Source of the DNA: Octopus vulgaris
Taxonomy: Eukaryota
Direction: 5' to 3'
DNA length: 64,000 bases
Assembly: GCA_951406725.2 (NCBI GenBank)
Contig: OX597814.1
Location: 14,198,001-14,262,000, forward strand
Below, piece by piece: positions 58,311-64,000 of this stretch (its first letter is position 1; each line of letters starts with the position of its first letter). A program made the translations under genes and the position numbers. Under the pieces are notes generated by a model that saw only the letters and a list, made by a program, of their open reading frames with translations, ran no database searches and was not told where the DNA came from.

Positions 58311-58838
58311 ATAATAATAGTGATTGCGTCTTATCAGGAACAAATTTGTTTTAATAGGACTGCTATAGCAGTGCTCAAGTAATGAGACAAGTATAATATA
58401 CTTTGGTTGTAGAACACACAAATATAAGGTAATCCACCTAACATATCAAATCTCGAACAATTAATCACATAATGCTTTTTTTCTTATACATAGAATATAG
58501 ATGCATAAATCCAGGAGATGAAACAATGCATTTAGACAAGCATATAAGAAAAATGTATGAGTACAGTCTATCGCGATTAAAAATTAATAATTAATACGTT
58601 AGCGACTAAAAAAATGTTTTAACATTATAACATCTAGAATAATAAATATATAAAAAATATAAAAGTATATAAATATATGAAAATAAAAAAAGACATATAT
58701 ATAGGAAACATTTTCAGGATTTATGAATCTATATTCTATGTTTAAGAAAAAGCATTATGAGATTAAATGTTCGAGATGTGTTATGTTAGGTGGATGACCT
58801 TATATTTGTTGTTTATTCTACAACCAAAGTTTATATAT
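58310..58838. mobile_element. TA-flanked fold-back element with ~115 bp diverged inverted arms (PLE-like layout)
   Basis: 58397-58512 is an inverted copy of 58717-58834 (CTTTGGTTGTAGAA/TTCTACAACCAAAG, TCTCGAACA/TGTTCGAGA). Confidence 0.65.
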
Positions 58839-60896
58839 CATGCTCTAAACACGCTCCCAAGAAATCTACTAACACAAACAGAAACCGGCTCCCTAAAAAG
58901 AAAAAAAACACTCATCAGGCGCATCAAAAGACTCAACAAAAAAATCAACCAATTAAAATATTCCCACACGCAACATCCACATTCAACAACAATGAAAAGA
59001 CTAGAGCTGGAAAAACTTCATCTGCAGACTAACATGAAAACCTCCATTGAAAATCAAAGAGCTGTGGAGGAACAATGGGTAATCAAAAACATCAAACAGA
59101 ACCCAAAAGTGTTCTATTCTTATGCAAATAAGCATAGAACCACTGTCTCACCTATTGGGCCATTGATTGATGAAAACGGCATTCCCCAACACGATGCTAA
59201 AGAAATGGCAGAAATACTGCAGAAACAATATTGCTCTGTCTTCAGTGTTCCCACTGATATTGATGTGAGGGAAACGAACGAAGCTGACTCCCAACACAAA
59301 ATCGCAGACATAACCTTCACTGCCACCGACATCATAGCAGCAATAAATGAGGTCAAACATTACTCCGCTGTAGGCCCTGATAGATTTCCCGCCAGTCTCC
59401 TGAAGGAATGTAGATATCAACTTGCAGTCCCTCTGACCAACCTCTGGAGAAACTCATTAGACGCAGGTTATATACCGAATAAGTTTCTATCCCAGTCGGT
59501 CATCCCGGTTTTCAAACAGGGAAACAGATCCCTCGCAGTCAACTATCGCCCAATCTCACTCACCTCCCACATCATTAAAGTGTTTGAAAGAGTGTTAAGA
59601 TCAAGGATAGCTGACTTCCTGGAGACCCACAAACTCCTAAATTCAAATCAACATGGCTTTCGCTGTGGCAGGGACTGTCTAACACAGCTCTTACACCACA
59701 TTGAAGATGTACTCAAAGCCTTGGGAACAGGTTCGAACTCTGACGTCATATACCTTGACTTCAGTAAAGCGTTCGACAGGGTAGACCATAACATCCTACT
59801 CTCAAAATTGGCAAATGTTGGAATCCGTGGAAAAGTTCTACACTGGATTCAGTATTTCCTAGCGAATAGAACACAACATGTTGTAGTTGATGGAGTCCAC
59901 TCAAACCCAGCAAAAGTCACCAGCGGTGTTCCCCAGGGAACTGTTTTGGGTCCGCTACTCTTCATAATTTATGTAAACGACCTTTCCAGTGTCGTACATC
60001 ACTGCAAAGTGAAAATATTCGCTGATGACACTAAGCTCCAGCAAATCGTCAATGAAGAAGCAGACCGAACTCAACTTCAGTCTGACCTATATGCTGTGAG
60101 TCAATGGGCAGACAGAAACAAAATGCAACTGAATGAGGGAAAATTTGAGCTGATGCATTTTGGAAGAAATTCCTCACTAAAACAACCATACTCTCTTCCT
60201 TCAGGGGAACCGCTCACAGCCTCTAACAATATCAGAGACCTGGGTGTAATTGTTGATGACGATCTCAGTTGGAGTGCACACATCAACAAGAAGGTCGATA
60301 CAGCTCGTAGGATGAGTTCCTGGATCTTAAGAACTTTCCGGTCCAGAGAACAAGGTGTCATCATACCACTTTTTTCATCCTTTGTACGGCCACACCTTGA
60401 ATACTGCTGCCCACTGTGGTCTCCTCACACAAGACAAAACATCTCCAGAATTGAGTCACCCCAGAGGGCTCTCACTAAACAAATTGAAGGCATGGCTGCT
60501 CTCGACTATTGGGATCGCCTTAAAGCCTTGAAACTTTACTCCCTCCAGCGTCGCCGTGAGCGGTACATCATTTGTACGATGTGGAAAATATACCGCCAAC
60601 TTTGCCCAAACGACCTAAACATTAGCTTCAAGGTTCATCCGAGACTTGGACCACGGGCTATACGTCCGCTGCCAAATTCAAGATCACAACATACATGTAC
60701 ACTGCAACATAATTTCTTTTCCTCAACAGGCCCTGCCCTATTTAACATTGTCCCGAGGGAGATCAAAGAGGAAAAGGATCCCATCAACTTCAAACAGAGT
60801 CTGGATGGATTCCTTCAAAGAATACCAGACAAGCCACCCATAATTGGATACAACTCACCCAACAAGAACTCACTACTTGAACAAAACTTGACTTAA
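58767..60896 (+). CDS. Reverse transcriptase ORF2 (5'-truncated, no endonuclease) of a CR1-group LINE
   Basis: 709 aa open frame: AVGPD, NYRPISLTS, QHGFR, YLDFSKAFD, SGVPQGTVLGPLLF, FADD, RDLGV, VRPHLEY; the first ~24 codons come from flanking DNA. Confidence 0.93.
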   Translation: MFEMCYVRWMTLYLLFILQPKFIYHALNTLPRNLLTQTETGSLKRKKTLIRRIKRLNKKINQLKYSHTQHPHSTTMKRLELEKLHLQTNMKTSIENQRAVEEQWVIKNIKQNPKVFYSYANKHRTTVSPIGPLIDENGIPQHDAKEMAEILQKQYCSVFSVPTDIDVRETNEADSQHKIADITFTATDIIAAINEVKHYSAVGPDRFPASLLKECRYQLAVPLTNLWRNSLDAGYIPNKFLSQSVIPVFKQGNRSLAVNYRPISLTSHIIKVFERVLRSRIADFLETHKLLNSNQHGFRCGRDCLTQLLHHIEDVLKALGTGSNSDVIYLDFSKAFDRVDHNILLSKLANVGIRGKVLHWIQYFLANRTQHVVVDGVHSNPAKVTSGVPQGTVLGPLLFIIYVNDLSSVVHHCKVKIFADDTKLQQIVNEEADRTQLQSDLYAVSQWADRNKMQLNEGKFELMHFGRNSSLKQPYSLPSGEPLTASNNIRDLGVIVDDDLSWSAHINKKVDTARRMSSWILRTFRSREQGVIIPLFSSFVRPHLEYCCPLWSPHTRQNISRIESPQRALTKQIEGMAALDYWDRLKALKLYSLQRRRERYIICTMWKIYRQLCPNDLNISFKVHPRLGPRAIRPLPNSRSQHTCTLQHNFFSSTGPALFNIVPREIKEEKDPINFKQSLDGFLQRIPDKPPIIGYNSPNKNSLLEQNLT

Positions 60897-60992
60897 ACAG
60901 GATTCGAATAATCCTATCAGGTGGTGCTATTAAGTTAGACATGGCCTGGACCAATCTCTGGTCGAAACATATCTAAGTTTTATCTAAGTTTT
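58839..60992 (+). mobile_element. Young 5'-truncated CR1-group LINE
   Basis: Uninterrupted RT frame, 3' UTR hairpin GACCA..TGGTC, (ATCTAAGTTTT)2 tail running into TA. Confidence 0.92.
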
Positions 60993-61121
60993 ATATATAC
61001 ATATATATATATACTTATATATATATATATATATATATATACGTGTGTATGTATATGCATATATCTATATATATTTATGTATATATATGTATATACATAT
61101 ATATATATATATGTATATAAA

Positions 61122-61380
61122 TGTGAGCTCGAATCCCGGACCGGGCTGCGTGTTGTGTTCTTGAGCAAGGCACTTTATTTCACGTTGCTCCAGCTCACTC
61201 AGCTGTAGAAATGAGTTGCGACGTCACAGGTGCCAAGCTGTATCGACCTTTGTCTTTCCCTTGGATAACACTGGTGGCGTGGAGAGGGGAGGCTGGTATG
61301 CATGGGCGACTGCTGGTCTTCCATAAACAACCTTGCCCGGACTTGTGTCTAGGAGGGTAACTTTCTAGGTGCAATCCCAT
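61122..61380 (+). mobile_element. SINE family C, partial
   Basis: Reverse-complement homolog of 33604-33862. Confidence 0.85.
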
Positions 61381-61475
61381 ATAAATGTATGTGTATATAT
61401 ATATATGTATGTATATATATACACATATATATACATATAACTATACATATACGGATATATAAACATACACATATA

Positions 61476-63438
61476 TCTCTATATATAAAATTAAAATGCG
61501 TTTTTACCGCTTGGATCACTTTCAATGCCACTACGACCCGTCGGATTCGCTCCAAAATTTACAGGTACATGTAGAATGAGGTGACGATGTGCGTGGGCTA
61601 CCTTAGAAATCCCTATCTTAAAAGGTGTGGTTGCTAGGGGCCATCTTCTTCACTCACACTATTTCCTTCTTTCCCTCTCTTACTCCCCTTCATTTATAAC
61701 GTTGACAATGTCCACTCCCCGTTATTTAATGTATTCCCCTCAACTCCCTTTCACTTTGCCTTTATAAGGTCGTCAGGCGGCTTTCTTTGATGTATCTGTT
61801 TGCATTCATAGGGAGAATTATCATCGTCACAATTTATGTATATGTCTTCCTCACTCACTCACTCTTTTTCCTAATGATGATTATCATCGCCACCACCACC
61901 ACCACCACCACCAACACACAATACTCACTCTATTTCATACAAACGGCCTTCTTTTATGTATCTGTCTGTGTGAAAGAGAGAGATAACTGAAATTTTTTAC
62001 TCGGTTTTTGTAGTGCGTGCGTGTGTATGCATGTATGTGTATATGTATGTATGCATGTATGTGTGTGTGTGTATGTATCTATGTATGTGTGTGTGTGTAT
62101 GTATGTGTATGTGTGTATCTGTGTGTATGTATGTGTGAGTGTGCATGTATGTATGTACCTTTGTCTGTTTATGTAACGGTCTGCTATGTAGAAATGAGGT
62201 TGACTCAATGGAAATGCATACATACACACACACATACATACACACACATACACACATACATACACATACATACACACACACACATACATAGATGCAGACA
62301 TATGTTAAAAGTGCTGGCAAGTTTGCATGACAACTATTTTTTTCCCTCAAATGAAAGGCGTGACCTCTAGGACAAAATTCCTCATCTTATAAAATGTGGC
62401 CCCAGTACACCCGAATGAAATCACGTTATATTAACCAAAATGTGAAAAGAGATATAAATGGGGCTGGAAGGGATTAAAATTTAAAGGAACGGGTGTTTAG
62501 GAATTCTCTGTTACATCAAGCTAAAAAATTTGCGCCAGCCTTTTAATCGTCAATGTGTTGCCGTCCATGATGAAGAAGTTTTGAATGCTTGCCATGGTGA
62601 GTCTACTGTTGTGAAAAAGAATCACTTCAAAACTTGGTGTTTAGGGATTTTCTTTTACATCAAGTTCAAGATTTTACGCCAGCCGTTAAACTGTCAAAAC
62701 GTTGCTGTCCGTCGTTAAGAAATGCCAGCCATGCTGACTCTACTACCTTCAGATTCTATCCCTTCAAACTATGGTTTCCAATATTTTATTATTTTTATTC
62801 AGCTCGCAAGTTCGTCTGTCCCTTTTAAATGTTAGTGTTTTGCTGTCTGCCTTGAAGCAGACCTTTCCGTTGTTACTGCCTGATATTTATGATTGATCTT
62901 TCTAAATATTTTATTTCTCAACTTACTCAAGATATTTTGTTGTTTATAAATGGGAGAGAGATAGATAAAGATAGAGAGTAAGAGAAAGCGAGGGAGAGTC
63001 CGAGAGAAAGGAAGAGTAAGAGAGTGGGGAAAGTGAGAGAGAAACAAAGAGGGAGAATCATCATCATCATCATCATCGTTTAACGTCCGTTTTCCGTGCT
63101 AGCACGGGTTGGACAGTTTGACCAGGGTCTGGGAAGCCAGGAGGCTGCACCAGGCTCCAGTCTGATCTGGCAGTGTTTCTACAGGTGGATGCCCTTCCTA
63201 ACGCCAACCACTCTGTGAGCGTAGTGGGTGCATTATTCGTGCCGCCGGCACAGGTGCCAGGGGGGCTGGCAATGGCCACGATCGATTAGTGCTTTTTACG
63301 TGTCACTGGCACAGAAGCCAGTCAAGGCGGCGCTGCAATCCGCCACGTTCGGATGGTACTTTTTACGTGCTGAAAGGAAACAACAGAAAGTAACAACCAC
63401 ACTCTTACCCGCGCGTAGTGCGGGTCACCTTCAACTAG
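61476..63438 (+). mobile_element. Non-autonomous Helitron
   Basis: 5' A|TCTCTATATATAAAA; 3' hairpin ACCCGCGC-GTA-GTGCGGGT, 9 nt spacer, CTAG|T; internal ~146 bp diverged tandem units at about 62490-62770. Pairing of the two ends is inferred. Confidence 0.65.
63058..63370 (-). mobile_element. SINE with (GAT)n tail, nested in the Helitron
   Basis: Minus strand GGCGTTAGGAAGGGCATCC..AAAACGGACGTTAAACGATGATGATG. Confidence 0.75.
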
Positions 63439-64000
63439 TATATATATATAAACATAAATATAGGTATATAAATATACACATATACAGATATATGCCTACA
63501 TACATATATTTATATATATATATATATATATTTCAACAATTGAGGGTAAAATTAATTAATTATTAATCAATTTCACCAAGTGTTCAGTATGCAAAGGGAC
63601 CATTTAAGGCGAATTCAAATTATTACATTATATAAAAGGGCTTAGTAAAATAAATTACTTCGCCGCATACTGAACTCATTAGAAATAGCAGCTAAAAAAC
63701 TTTTTTTAAAGCTATTTCTAATACTTAAAGAAAATCTCTCTCATATATAGCGTTTGCCTAATTCAACTCACAAAAGTTTGGGGGTAAGGACATTAAAAAA
63801 TCAAATGCTAAGGTTATTTGAGTACGTACGTTTCAAGATTAGTTAAAACAACACTTCTTTCTTCAGCTCAGAAATTCCTTGGTTTGGATTTGGAAGCACT
63901 GAAAGTAAGAGCATACCCTTTCGAAGATTCGCTCGTTACTAACAGTGCCAACAAACCCAAAATAAGCAAGTGAAGAATTTCTGTTCTCCCCTTTCCACCA

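Noticed and set aside
63533-63750. Hammerhead in the TA-flanked element near the window end
   Set aside because: Best candidate (minus CTAATGA..GAAG) lacks conserved core bases; only local hairpins are supported.

Overview
Eukaryotic, AT-rich, microsatellite-dense DNA, most likely intronic or intergenic. The SINE families and repeat load resemble a coleoid cephalopod (Octopus-like); this is recognition, not a database result. No host gene is confidently identified; there is one candidate spliced exon at 53109-53321 (-). The window is mostly transposable elements: CR1-group LINEs (one with an uninterrupted ~2 kb RT frame at 58839-60896), a decayed Penelope-like (PLE) RT, R4/Dong-type RLE LINE fragments in (AAT)n, an RTE fragment, a long-TIR Tc1, two MITEs, a non-autonomous Helitron and many tRNA-derived SINEs. 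The most notable signal is about eight unrelated, (TA)n-embedded PLE termini, several of them fold-backs. Each carries a minimal type I hammerhead-ribozyme-like motif with a palindromic or near-palindromic stem III, and none has the canonical CUGANGA core (UUGAAAA, UUGAUAA, CCGAUGA, CCGAAGA, CAGACGA, CUGAUAGA, CUAUAGAA). Most ORFs in the supplied track are microsatellite artefacts. All alignments and folds were done by eye.
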